Part shown: positions 1 to 12,647 of the stretch, in pieces | How positions within the stretch are numbered: position 1 is the stretch's first letter | Layout of the letters: each line of letters starts with the position of its first letter | NCBI RefSeq assembly: GCF_001709345.1 | Contig: NZ_MDTQ01000001.1 | Location: forward strand, 3,626,970 to 3,650,969 | Source: Terasakiispira papahanaumokuakeensis | Lineage (GTDB): Bacteria; Pseudomonadota; Gammaproteobacteria; Pseudomonadales; Halomonadaceae | Direction of reading: 5' to 3' | Length of the DNA: 24,000 nt | Notes under the pieces: model-generated | What the model was told of the DNA's origin: nothing | Seen by the model: only the letters and a program-made list of their open reading frames with translations | Databases searched by the model: none | Made by a program: the position numbers and the translations under genes

Positions 1-236
1 GTTTTGATTGAGTGCACTAGGCGGTTTCAGAAGATTCCACTATGCCGACATCTTGAATATACGCTTAAACGCTTAGCGTGATTCGTTTGACTGACAATTG
101 ACCTAAGTAGCACCTTGGTCGTAATTGTTAACGATTACGACCGACTTTGGTTGATGAGGGCGCTTCTAGCCCATATAATCTCCGGACTTTTGTCTGGGGC
201 AGCTGTACGTGTATGCCCTGGCATGATGAGGAAAAT

Positions 237-617
237 ATGGCGCAGATCCCTCGCCCGACAGTTGCCCCCGTCATATGGGCGCAGATTATTGTTCTGCTAA
301 TCGTGTTAACGGTCACGGGTATCGTTGATCGAGTAGCACTGCCTTCTGCCTTGGCAGGTGGTTTGGTGGCATTGATTCCCAATATGTTTTTTGCTTGGTG
401 GATGTTCCGCTTTCGCGGGGCACGGCAGGCAAAGCGAGCGGTCAAAGCGTTTTACAGTGCTGAGGCCGGTAAGTTTGGTTTAACGGTCGTATTATTTGCA
501 GCCAGTTTTGTATGGGTGCGCCCCTTAAACCCAATTTATCTATTTGTTGCTTACTGTGTGGTGCTCTTTGTGCATTGGTTATCACCTTGGTTGCTAACGC
601 GCAAACGACACCCATGA
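237..617 (+). CDS. atpI: ATP synthase protein I (AtpI), a small membrane protein at the head of the atp operon
   Basis: The track ORF is 147..617. I prefer ATG 237 (MAQIPRPTVAP...), which has GAGGA at 228-232. The product is hydrophobic, about 126 aa, with a basic C-terminus. It lies directly upstream of atpB, as in atpIBEFHAGDC operons. The first 30 codons of the longer ORF look non-protein-like. Confidence 0.7.
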   Translation: MAQIPRPTVAPVIWAQIIVLLIVLTVTGIVDRVALPSALAGGLVALIPNMFFAWWMFRFRGARQAKRAVKAFYSAEAGKFGLTVVLFAASFVWVRPLNPIYLFVAYCVVLFVHWLSPWLLTRKRHP

Positions 618-1451
<834 letters not shown>

Positions 1452-1595
1452 GTGAACTTATGACCTGGAGGTATGCCGATGATTAAGCGGCAGCCTTCAG
1501 GCGTTATAAGATTTTAAAGCAGTTTTAAAAAAACAACTTTTAAAATCAGTTTTAAATCGTTTCATCAACTCAACCAACTCAACTCGCAATCTTAG

Positions 1596-1862
<267 letters not shown>

Positions 1863-1937
1863 TCATCTCTCCCGCTTTCGAGCGGGGGTGATGGAAGTGA
1901 TTTTTTAAATTCAACCGGATAGCGAGAGGTTAATGGC

Positions 1938-2408
1938 GTGAATCTGAATCTGACCCTAATCGGCCAGGCCATCGCGTTCGCCATCTTTGTCTGGTTTTGC
2001 ATGAAGTATGTATGGCCTCCGGTCATGCAGGCCATGCAAGCCCGACAGAAAAAAATTGCGGATAGCCTGGATGCAGCCAGTCGTGCATCTCGGGACCTTG
2101 AACTGGCGCAGGAAAAAGCATCTCAGTTACTGCGTGAGAACAAGGAAGAAGCAGCTCAAATCATTGAGCAGGCGAATAAGCGGGCCAACCAGATTATCGA
2201 AGAAGCCAAAGAAACTGCACGCGAAGAAGGCGAACGCCTGATCGTGTCAGCGAAGGGTGAAATCGACCAGCAAGTAAACCGCGCAAAAGAAGAGCTGCGT
2301 GGCCAAGTGGCTGAACTGGCGGTTGCCGGTGCCGAACAGATCCTGAAAAAGTCTGTCGACGCCAAGGCCCATAGCGAGTTGGTTGACTCACTCGCAAAAC
2401 AGCTCTAA
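1938..2408 (+). CDS. atpF: F0F1 ATP synthase subunit b
   Basis: The gene uses a GTG start and encodes 156 aa. One N-terminal TM helix ([23 protein letters not shown]) is followed by a long charged Ala/Glu/Lys-rich helix. Its position between atpE and atpH fits the operon. Confidence 0.93.
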   Translation: MNLNLTLIGQAIAFAIFVWFCMKYVWPPVMQAMQARQKKIADSLDAASRASRDLELAQEKASQLLRENKEEAAQIIEQANKRANQIIEEAKETAREEGERLIVSAKGEIDQQVNRAKEELRGQVAELAVAGAEQILKKSVDAKAHSELVDSLAKQL

Positions 2409-2420
2409 GCGAGGTGTCCT

Positions 2421-2957
2421 ATGGCTGATATGAACACCCTCGCCCGGCCCTACGCGAAAGCAGCGTTCGAGTTTGCCCTACAGCAGGACAAACTGGTTGA
2501 TTGGTCGCAAATGTTGGCAACACTGGCGCAAGTCACCCGTGTTGACACTGTGGAAAAACTGCTCCACAACCCAGCAATGACGACTGATCAGAAAGCTGCA
2601 GTGCTGTTGGAACTGTGCCAAGAGCAATTGACTGAAGATGGTCAAAATTTCATCAAGGCGCTGAGTGATAATCGCCGACTGCCCTTGTTGCCTGTGATTG
2701 CCGAACTTTATGAGGCATTAAAGGCCGAGCGGGAAAAAACAGTCGTGGCGCGTGTCACCAGCGCTTATGAGCTCAGCAGTGAACAGCAAAAAACGTTAGC
2801 GGATGCTTTAAGCAAGCGCTTGGACTTAGAAGTGGTGATTGAAACCGAAATCGACGAATCGTTGATTGGCGGTGTCATCATTCGAACCGACGATATTGTG
2901 ATCGACGGTTCTGTCCGAGGTAAGCTGGCTAAGCTGGCCGAGGCGTTGAACTCCTGA
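2421..2957 (+). CDS. atpH: F0F1 ATP synthase subunit delta
   Basis: The 178-aa protein has LARPYAKAAFEFA at the N-terminus and GGVIIRTDDIVIDGSVRGKLAKLAEALNS at the C-terminus. This matches the E. coli AtpH pattern (ARPYAKAAFDFA ... DMVIDGSVRGRL). Confidence 0.95.
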   Translation: MADMNTLARPYAKAAFEFALQQDKLVDWSQMLATLAQVTRVDTVEKLLHNPAMTTDQKAAVLLELCQEQLTEDGQNFIKALSDNRRLPLLPVIAELYEALKAEREKTVVARVTSAYELSSEQQKTLADALSKRLDLEVVIETEIDESLIGGVIIRTDDIVIDGSVRGKLAKLAEALNS

Positions 2958-2972
2958 TTTGAGGGACATGGC

Positions 2973-4517
2973 ATGCAGCAACTGAATCCATCCGAGATCA
3001 GCGACATCATCAAGCAGCGCATTGCCGGCCTTGATGTGTCCTCTGAAGCCCAGAATGAGGGCACCATCGTGAGCGTCGCCGATGGTATCGTGCAGGTGCA
3101 CGGTCTAGGCGACGTCATGTATGGCGAAATGATTGAATTTGCCAATAACACTTATGGCATGGCACTGAACCTGGAGCGTGACTCCGTCGGTGCGGTCGTC
3201 CTGGGTGATTATGATGGCTTGGCCGAAGGCCAAACGGTGAAATGTACCGGCCGTGTACTTGAAGTACCGGTGGGTGAAGCAATGTTGGGTCGCGTCGTTG
3301 ACGCTTTGGGTAACCCGATTGACGGTAAAGGTCCGATCGATGCCAAGCAAACCGATGCCATTGAAAAAGTGGCGCCGGGGGTCTTGTGGCGTGAGCCGGT
3401 CGACCAGCCGATGCAGACGGGTTACAAAGCGATCGATGCGATGGTACCGGTCGGTCGTGGTCAGCGTGAGTTGATCATCGGTGACCGTCAGATCGGTAAA
3501 ACAGCGATTGCAGTTGATACCATCATCAACCAAAAAGATACTGGTGTTAAATGTATCTATGTCGCTGTGGGTCAGAAGCAGTCTACGATTGCCAACGTGG
3601 TGCGTAAGCTGGAAGAGCACGATGCGCTGAAGCACACCATTATCGTCGTGGCTTCTGCTTCTGAAGCGGCCGCTCTGCAATTTATTGCACCGTTCGCGGG
3701 TTGTACCATGGGTGAGTACTTCCGTGACCGTGGTGAAGATGCGCTGATCGTCTATGATGATCTCACCAAGCAAGCCTGGGCTTATCGCCAGATTTCCCTG
3801 CTGCTGCGTCGTCCGCCGGGTCGTGAAGCTTATCCGGGTGACGTCTTCTATCTCCACTCCCGTCTGCTGGAACGTGCTGCGCGTGTTAACGCTGAGTATG
3901 TTGAAAACTTCACTAAGGGTGAAGTGAAAGGTCAGACAGGCTCTCTGACGGCGTTGCCGATCATTGAGACCCAAGGGGGCGACGTGTCTGCGTTCGTTCC
4001 GACCAACGTGATTTCAATCACGGATGGTCAGATCTTCGTTGAAACGGATCTGTTTAACTCCGGTATTCGTCCGGCGATGAACGCGGGTATTTCCGTTTCT
4101 CGTGTAGGTGGTGCTGCACAGACCAAAATCATTAAGAAACTGGGCGGTGGTATCCGTCTGGCTCTGGCTCAGTACCGTGAGCTGGCAGCGTTCTCCCAGT
4201 TTGCTTCTGATTTGGACGAAGCGACACGTAAGCAATTAGAACATGGTCAGCGTGTGACCGAGCTCATGAAGCAGAAGCAGTACAGCCCGATGAGCATCGC
4301 CGCGATGGCCGTGTCTTTGTTCGCTGCAGAGAAAGGCTTCCTCGACGATGTCGACGCCAACCGTGTTGGTGATTTTGAAGCTGCGCTGCAATCTTACGTC
4401 CACGCTGAACACGCTGATTTGATCAGTAAGATCAATGAAAAAGGCGATTACAGCGATGACATTCAGGCCGGCCTCAAGTCTGCTCTTGAGCAGTTCAAGG
4501 CCACCCAGTCCTGGTAA
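2973..4517 (+). CDS. atpA: F0F1 ATP synthase subunit alpha
   Basis: The 514-aa protein carries the Walker A motif GDRQIGKT. It also has the typical alpha-subunit blocks [43 protein letters not shown] and [30 protein letters not shown]. Confidence 0.98.
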   Translation: MQQLNPSEISDIIKQRIAGLDVSSEAQNEGTIVSVADGIVQVHGLGDVMYGEMIEFANNTYGMALNLERDSVGAVVLGDYDGLAEGQTVKCTGRVLEVPVGEAMLGRVVDALGNPIDGKGPIDAKQTDAIEKVAPGVLWREPVDQPMQTGYKAIDAMVPVGRGQRELIIGDRQIGKTAIAVDTIINQKDTGVKCIYVAVGQKQSTIANVVRKLEEHDALKHTIIVVASASEAAALQFIAPFAGCTMGEYFRDRGEDALIVYDDLTKQAWAYRQISLLLRRPPGREAYPGDVFYLHSRLLERAARVNAEYVENFTKGEVKGQTGSLTALPIIETQGGDVSAFVPTNVISITDGQIFVETDLFNSGIRPAMNAGISVSRVGGAAQTKIIKKLGGGIRLALAQYRELAAFSQFASDLDEATRKQLEHGQRVTELMKQKQYSPMSIAAMAVSLFAAEKGFLDDVDANRVGDFEAALQSYVHAEHADLISKINEKGDYSDDIQAGLKSALEQFKATQSW

Positions 4518-4575
4518 GTGGTTAGGGCCGAAAGGCCCTTCCTGCTTGCCGAGTGAAGGCTAGAAGGCAAAGCGT

Positions 4576-6889
<2,314 letters not shown>

Positions 6890-6930
6890 GCCTTGTGGCT
6901 TTTTTACGGACAACCTGGGGGTAATGACCC

Positions 6931-7353
6931 ATGGCGATGACCTTACATTGCGATATCGTAAGTGCAGAGCAGTCGATCTTCAGTGGCCGAGCCGAGATGC
7001 TGATTGCAGCCGGCGCGGCAGGTGACCTGGGCATTATGCCCGGGCACACTCCATTGTTGACCGAACTTAAACCAGGTCCGGTGCGCGTGGTGCTGCAGGA
7101 TGGCAAAGAAGAAATTTTCTATGTCTCCAGTGGCTTCCTTGAAGTGCAGCCGAATGTGGTGACAGTATTGGCCGATAGTGCTGATCGAGCGGAAAACCTT
7201 GATGAGGCCGCCGCTCAAGAAGCACAGCGTGAAGCTGAGCGTGCGATGAAAGATCAGAAATCTGATTTGGATTATGCACGGGCGACCGTTGAACTGGCTG
7301 AAGCTGCTGCTCAGCTGCGTACCTTGCAGCAACTGCGTAAGAAAACTCAATAA
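6931..7353 (+). CDS. atpC: F0F1 ATP synthase subunit epsilon
   Basis: The 140-aa protein begins [19 protein letters not shown] and contains [17 protein letters not shown]. This matches the E. coli AtpC pattern. It is the last gene of the operon. Confidence 0.96.
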   Translation: MAMTLHCDIVSAEQSIFSGRAEMLIAAGAAGDLGIMPGHTPLLTELKPGPVRVVLQDGKEEIFYVSSGFLEVQPNVVTVLADSADRAENLDEAAAQEAQREAERAMKDQKSDLDYARATVELAEAAAQLRTLQQLRKKTQ

Positions 7354-7371
7354 GTGATCTTACCAGTGAGC

Positions 7372-7401
7372 AAAAAAGGCGACCTTAGGGTCGCCTTTTT
7401 T
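7372..7401. terminator. Bidirectional Rho-independent terminator between convergent atpC and ridA
   Basis: A perfect 7-bp GC stem pairs GGCGACC (7378-7384) with GGTCGCC (7389-7395) around the loop TTAG. It is flanked by A6 (7372-7377) and T6 (7396-7401), so it reads as hairpin plus U-tract on both strands. Confidence 0.85.
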
Positions 7402-7449
7402 GTCTTTCAGTCGATGATCTGCTTCGTCATCGATCTGGGGCAGGGTACT

Positions 7450-7839
7450 TTAGTCACCGATGACCAGTACCGCTTCAGCTTCAAATTGAACCCCTTTGGG
7501 CAGTGCTGCAACTTGTACCGCTGCACGAGCAGGGTAAGGCTCTTTAAAATAGCGTGTCATCACTTCATTCACTGCCCCGAAATTTCCCAGATCAACCAGG
7601 TACAGGTTCAGTTTCACAATATCATCCAGTGTGCCACCCGCCTCAACACATACGGCTTTCAGGTTATCGAACACTTGGATCGCCTGAGCTTCGAAATCCC
7701 CAGAAACAACGTCCATTGTGGTTGGGTCCAATGGAATCTGTCCTGACATGTAGACGGTATTACCCACTTTGACGGCTTGTGAGTAAGGGCCAATAGCCGC
7801 GGGCGCTTTGTCTGTTTTGATGATGGCGCGATTACTCAT
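7450..7839 (-). CDS. ridA: RidA/YjgF-family reactive-intermediate (enamine/imine) deaminase
   Basis: The 129-aa protein has the family N-terminal signature [29 protein letters not shown]. The C-terminal segment [22 protein letters not shown] resembles E. coli RidA. It lies downstream of spoT, as I recall for P. aeruginosa. Confidence 0.9.
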   Translation of the reverse strand: MSNRAIIKTDKAPAAIGPYSQAVKVGNTVYMSGQIPLDPTTMDVVSGDFEAQAIQVFDNLKAVCVEAGGTLDDIVKLNLYLVDLGNFGAVNEVMTRYFKEPYPARAAVQVAALPKGVQFEAEAVLVIGD

Positions 7840-7861
7840 GGAGTGTCTCCTTTAGCGACGA

Positions 7862-7900
7862 CTTAAAATAAAACGACCTTGCCGGATCATCCCGACAAGG
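7862..7900 (-). terminator. Hairpin plus U-rich tract between spoT and ridA (candidate attenuator or partial terminator)
   Basis: On the - strand, CCTTGTCGG pairs with CCGGCAAGG (7892-7900 with 7877-7885; 8 of 9 pairs, 6-nt loop). It is followed by TCGTTTTATTTTAAG (7876-7862). The element sits about 22 nt upstream of the ridA start, whose RBS is AAAGGAG. Confidence 0.45.
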
Positions 7901-7929
7901 ACGTGAATGAGTCAAGGATTGCCTCTGTA

Positions 7930-10050
7930 TCAGTTCATACGAACTGTTCGGGTCACCTCTGGTAAATGACGCAGGCGGCGCATAATACGTGCCAAATGTA
8001 CGCGATTTTTGACGGCCATATCCATTTTGAGTGTCGATAAACGGGCGTCTTTTTCTTCTGTACTGATCCGCTCCAGGTTGGCATCCATTTCAGTAATCAG
8101 GGTGGCAATGCGTGCGATCAAGCCTCGTTGATGAGTGATTTCGAGCTTGAGGGTCACTACAAAGTCACCATTCACATCACTGGCCCAATCCAATGGCATA
8201 CACTTCTCTGGATCATTACGCACGTCGGCCAGATTGCGACAGGCCTCACGATGCACCACAATGCCTCGGCCAAAGCTGATGTGTCCAATGATGTCATCGC
8301 CTGGAATCGGTCGGCAGCATTTAGCAAAGCTAACAACAAGACCTTCAGTGCCATGAATGGCAATAGGACCGCTTGTCGAGGGTAGTGTGGGATCTCGATC
8401 CCCCTCTAAGTCGACCAATCGACGTGCCACAACGTAGGCCATACGCGTGCCCAACCCAATGGACTCAAGCAGCGTTTGTTCATTATCCAGCTCCACCTCA
8501 TTAAGCAGATGCTGTAGCCGAGCCTGATCGATATCTTCGTAGCGCGTCTCAAAAGCATTCAGTGCTTTGTCTAATAAGCGACGGCCCAATGCAACAGATT
8601 CACTCTTCTGTTGTTGCTTCAGGAAGTGACGAATCGCAGAGCGCGCCTTGGCGGTGATGACAAAGCCTTGCCAAGTGAGATTGGGTCGTGCCCCTGGGGC
8701 GGTAATGATCTCAACCGTTTCCCCTGACTGTAACTTGGCCGACAGTGGCGCCAGTTTACGATCAATACGGCAGGCGACACAGGCATTGCCAATATCGGTA
8801 TGCACGGCATAGGCAAAATCAACCGGAGTGGCCCCTTTAGGAAGCTCCATGATGTCCCCTTTGGGGGTGAATACATAGAGGTCATCGGGGAAAAGATCGG
8901 TTTTAACGTGTTCAATAAACTCCAGAGAACTGCCTGCGCGCTGTTGCATTTCCAGCAAGCCTTTCACCCACTCGCGTGCACGTGCATGACTGCCTGCGGC
9001 AATAGGACGATCGGTTTGTCCGGCCTTATATAGCCAGTGAGCGGCAATTCCGTTATTCGCCATGGCTTCCATTTCTCGGGTCCGGATCTGAACCTCTATG
9101 GGCATGCCATTCATGCCAAACAACGTGGTATGCAAGCTTTGATAGCCATTCGCCTTGGGGATGGCAATATAATCTTTGAAGCGGCCTGGGACGGGCGTAT
9201 AGGTATTGTGAACCATCCCCAGAATACGATAGCAACTGTCGACGTTATCGGTCAGAATGCGAAAACCGTAAACGTCCATGATTTCACTGAAGGATTTACG
9301 TTGATCCTTCATTTTGCGATATAGGCTCATCAGATGCTTTTCACGGCCACTGACGATACCGCTCATCTGTTCTTCTTCGAGCCTTTCTTGTAGGCGCTGC
9401 TGGATCTTAGAGACGACTTCTTTGCGATTTCCCCGAACCTTTTGAACGGCACGCTTAAAGCGCTCATAGCGCATGGGGTGAATCCCTTTGAAGGACAGGT
9501 CTTCAAGCTCCAGGCGTACCGTATTAATCCCTAATCGATTCGCGATTGGGGCATAAATTTCAAGGGTTTCTCGAGAAATGCGGCGCTTCTTTTCGGGCCT
9601 TAATGCCCCCAGCGTTCGCATGTTATGAAGCCGGTCGGCCAGCTTGACGATAATGACGCGAATATCGTCAGCCATCGCCAACACCATTTTACGGAAATTT
9701 TCCGCTTGGGCTTCAGCCTTGGATTCGAACTTGATTTGGGTCAGCTTGGAGACGCCATCAACCAACTCAGCTACCGTATCGCCGAATTGGCTGGCCAGCG
9801 CAGGCTTGGTGATGCCGGTATCTTCGATGACGTCATGCAACAATGCCGCCATCAAACTGGGGGCATCCATATGCAAGTTAGCCAGAATAATTGAGACGGC
9901 CAGAGGGTGCGTCACATAAGGCTCACCCGAGCGACGTTTCTGGCCATCATGCGCCTGCTCAGCGTAATAATAAGCTCGCCGAACCTGGCGAATTTCTTCC
10001 GCGGGTAAATAACCCTTAAGACGGTCTGTCAGATCGTCAATTGTATTCAT
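7930..10050 (-). CDS. spoT: Bifunctional (p)ppGpp synthetase II / ppGpp pyrophosphohydrolase SpoT
   Basis: The 706-aa protein has an intact HD hydrolase motif (GEPYVTHPLAV ... LLHDVIEDT ... KLADRLHNMRTL). The synthetase block reads GREKHLMSLYRKM ... DYIAIPKANGYQSLHTT, and TGS and ACT-like regions form the C-terminus. It is nearly collinear with E. coli SpoT (702 aa) and follows rpoZ. Confidence 0.95.
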   Translation of the reverse strand: MNTIDDLTDRLKGYLPAEEIRQVRRAYYYAEQAHDGQKRRSGEPYVTHPLAVSIILANLHMDAPSLMAALLHDVIEDTGITKPALASQFGDTVAELVDGVSKLTQIKFESKAEAQAENFRKMVLAMADDIRVIIVKLADRLHNMRTLGALRPEKKRRISRETLEIYAPIANRLGINTVRLELEDLSFKGIHPMRYERFKRAVQKVRGNRKEVVSKIQQRLQERLEEEQMSGIVSGREKHLMSLYRKMKDQRKSFSEIMDVYGFRILTDNVDSCYRILGMVHNTYTPVPGRFKDYIAIPKANGYQSLHTTLFGMNGMPIEVQIRTREMEAMANNGIAAHWLYKAGQTDRPIAAGSHARAREWVKGLLEMQQRAGSSLEFIEHVKTDLFPDDLYVFTPKGDIMELPKGATPVDFAYAVHTDIGNACVACRIDRKLAPLSAKLQSGETVEIITAPGARPNLTWQGFVITAKARSAIRHFLKQQQKSESVALGRRLLDKALNAFETRYEDIDQARLQHLLNEVELDNEQTLLESIGLGTRMAYVVARRLVDLEGDRDPTLPSTSGPIAIHGTEGLVVSFAKCCRPIPGDDIIGHISFGRGIVVHREACRNLADVRNDPEKCMPLDWASDVNGDFVVTLKLEITHQRGLIARIATLITEMDANLERISTEEKDARLSTLKMDMAVKNRVHLARIMRRLRHLPEVTRTVRMN

Positions 10051-10115
10051 CGCCTACCTCGTTAAGCAGGCGGCACGGCCAGCAGGCGATAGCATCAATG
10101 AATAATGCCGATCGA

Positions 10116-10361
10116 TCAGAAGGATTGCTGGGAGAAATCCGCGGCAGCCGCCTGCAGGGCTTCTTCCTGCATGGTGTCTTCGTCTAACAGATCATCGGCG
10201 ATTTCACGCAAAGCGACAACTGTTGGCTTGTCATTTTCCCATGGAAGCATCGGATCCTGGCCACCAACGCTCAGTTGACGCGCACGCTTGCCGGCCAGCA
10301 TGACCAGTTCAAAACGGTTAGAGACGTGTTCCAGACAATCTTCTACAGTAACTCGTGCCAT
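10116..10361 (-). CDS. rpoZ: DNA-directed RNA polymerase subunit omega
   Basis: The 81-aa protein begins [30 protein letters not shown], the canonical omega N-terminus. It lies between gmk and spoT. Confidence 0.96.
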   Translation of the reverse strand: MARVTVEDCLEHVSNRFELVMLAGKRARQLSVGGQDPMLPWENDKPTVVALREIADDLLDEDTMQEEALQAAAADFSQQSF

Positions 10362-10499
10362 GGGGGTGTAACCTCAATATAGCGCCCCCGGCGCAGGGAG
10401 CGTCAATGATATAAGCGAGAACCAGCCCGAGCGCAGTGCTCGAGCCGGGATACTTCAGTTTACCGGAGTGCGAGGGGCAACGACAAGCGTCTGAGTGCT

Positions 10500-11300
<801 letters not shown>

Positions 11301-11525
11301 TCAAGACCTAAGCCTAGGCTTTAAGCCTCATCTTTTAAATACCGATGGCTTGCATCGTTCCAGTTGACTCAATCACCCCACCTCAACGGCATTGAGCGTG
11401 GGCATGCAGTGCATTGAAGCGAGTCTGAGATCCCTTGAGGTGTCCACTGTTACTGGGCAAGATCTGTTGGGGCGTCGACAGGATAAAATCCGAATGGGTC
11501 TTTCCGGTTCAGCTTTTCTGTTGAG

Positions 11526-11558
11526 TCAGAGCCTGTCTAGTCGAATAACAGGCTCTGA
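11526..11558. other. Perfect 11-bp inverted repeat (hairpin or palindromic site) about 80 nt downstream of cydB
   Basis: TCAGAGCCTGT (11526-11536), an 11-nt loop, then ACAGGCTCTGA (11548-11558). No U-tract abuts it on the - strand. A T-rich run follows about 10 nt later on the + strand. It could be an atypical cydAB terminator or a protein-binding site. Confidence 0.4.
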
Positions 11559-11639
11559 CAGGTGTGCTTCTTTTCGAGTACTTCTTTGTTGATTGTCTAT
11601 ATCGCTTAGTTGAGTCGACGAGTTTCTCCGTTGTCCGGA

Positions 11640-12647
11640 TTAGTAGATCGAGTGATCGGCTGTCGTTTTACCTCTGAAAACATAGTATGACCAGGCGGTA
11701 TACATCAGAATAATGGGCATAATCAGTAACGCGCCAACCAACGTAAAGCCTTGGCTTTGGGGTGGGGATGAAGCCGCCTCTAGTGTGATATTCGGTGGAA
11801 TAATATTGGGCCATAAGCTGATAACAAGTCCGCTGTATCCCAATAAAATCAGCAGTAATGTCAAGATGAATGGGCCGCCATGTGGCGTGTGGTAGACGGA
11901 TTTTAAGAGTTGCCATGCGGTAGCTAAGGTCAGTAATGGTACCGGTAAGAAATAAAAGAAGTTGGGGAATGTGAACCAGCGGTCCTTGATACTTGGTGAT
12001 AGCCACGGGGTCCATAGACTGACCACTAGGATCATCATGAGGAGACCCCAGGTCAGAGGTCGGCTGATACGACACATCTGCTGATAGAGTGCACCTTCAG
12101 TTTTGAGAATCAACCAAGTACTCCCCAGCAGGGCATAAGTGATGACAAGGCCTAAGCCACAAATCAGACTAAAGGGCGTGAGCCAGTCCCAGACACTCCC
12201 TGCGAAAATCCCATTGTTGACTTCGATACCCTGAATAAAGCTGCCTAAAACGACACCTTGACTCAAGGTGGCCAGTAACGAACCGGCAAGAAAGGCTTTA
12301 TCCCAAAAAGCTTGATGGGTTTTATCTGAGTGAATGCGGAATTCAAAGGCCACCCCACGCCAGATCAAGCCGATTAACATCAGCAGCAAGGGGAGGTATA
12401 AAGCGCTCAAGATGATGGCATAAGCCATTGGAAAGGCGGCCATTAGCCCTGCCCCGCCGAGAACAAGCCAAGTCTCATTACCATCCCATACCGGGGCAAC
12501 GCTGTTGACCATAATATCGCGTTTTTGGCGATCTTTTATCACCAGAAATAAGACGCCAATACCTAAATCAAAGCCATCCATGATGACATAAAGTAAAACT
12601 CCCGCTGCGATGATAATGGCCCAGACAATAGGGAGGTCGATACCCAT
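11640..12647 (-). CDS. cydB: Cytochrome bd-type ubiquinol oxidase subunit II (short, CioB-like)
   Basis: The 335-aa polytopic membrane protein has the N-terminus WAIIIAAGVLLYVIMDGFDLGIGVL and the motif VWDGNETWLVLGG, both typical of CydB. Its start overlaps the cydA stop in TAATG (12645-12649). From memory, the size matches P. aeruginosa CioB (335 aa) rather than E. coli CydB (379 aa). Confidence 0.93.
   Translation of the reverse strand: MGIDLPIVWAIIIAAGVLLYVIMDGFDLGIGVLFLVIKDRQKRDIMVNSVAPVWDGNETWLVLGGAGLMAAFPMAYAIILSALYLPLLLMLIGLIWRGVAFEFRIHSDKTHQAFWDKAFLAGSLLATLSQGVVLGSFIQGIEVNNGIFAGSVWDWLTPFSLICGLGLVITYALLGSTWLILKTEGALYQQMCRISRPLTWGLLMMILVVSLWTPWLSPSIKDRWFTFPNFFYFLPVPLLTLATAWQLLKSVYHTPHGGPFILTLLLILLGYSGLVISLWPNIIPPNITLEAASSPPQSQGFTLVGALLIMPIILMYTAWSYYVFRGKTTADHSIY

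Noticed and set aside
1-81. Open frame 1-78 (VLIECTRRFQKIPLCRHLEYTLKRLA, then a stop at 79-81) as the possible 3' end of an upstream gene
   Set aside because: It is too short and compositionally unconvincing to assign. Without upstream sequence it cannot be supported.
3105-3974. 289-aa ORF antisense to atpA
   Set aside because: It lies entirely within, and opposite to, the strongly conserved atpA frame. Its Arg/Thr/Asp-rich composition is typical of a shadow ORF, and it has no recognisable motifs. The same reasoning applies to 5669-6058 (-) within atpD and 6590-7106 (-) opposite atpD and atpC.
7354-7746. 130-aa plus-strand ORF after atpC
   Set aside because: It starts inside the atpC terminator and runs antisense to the well-conserved ridA gene. 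It is a shadow ORF.
11392-11592. 66-aa ORF in the cydB-gmk spacer
   Set aside because: It has a TTG start, no RBS, a Ser/Leu/Arg-rich sequence and no hydrophobic or recognisable motif. The region is treated as non-coding.
11559-11639. Search for a CydX-like small subunit gene immediately downstream of cydB
   Set aside because: The minus strand has no ATG and no short hydrophobic ORF in the first 150 nt or so after the cydB stop. Absence elsewhere in the genome cannot be judged from this window.
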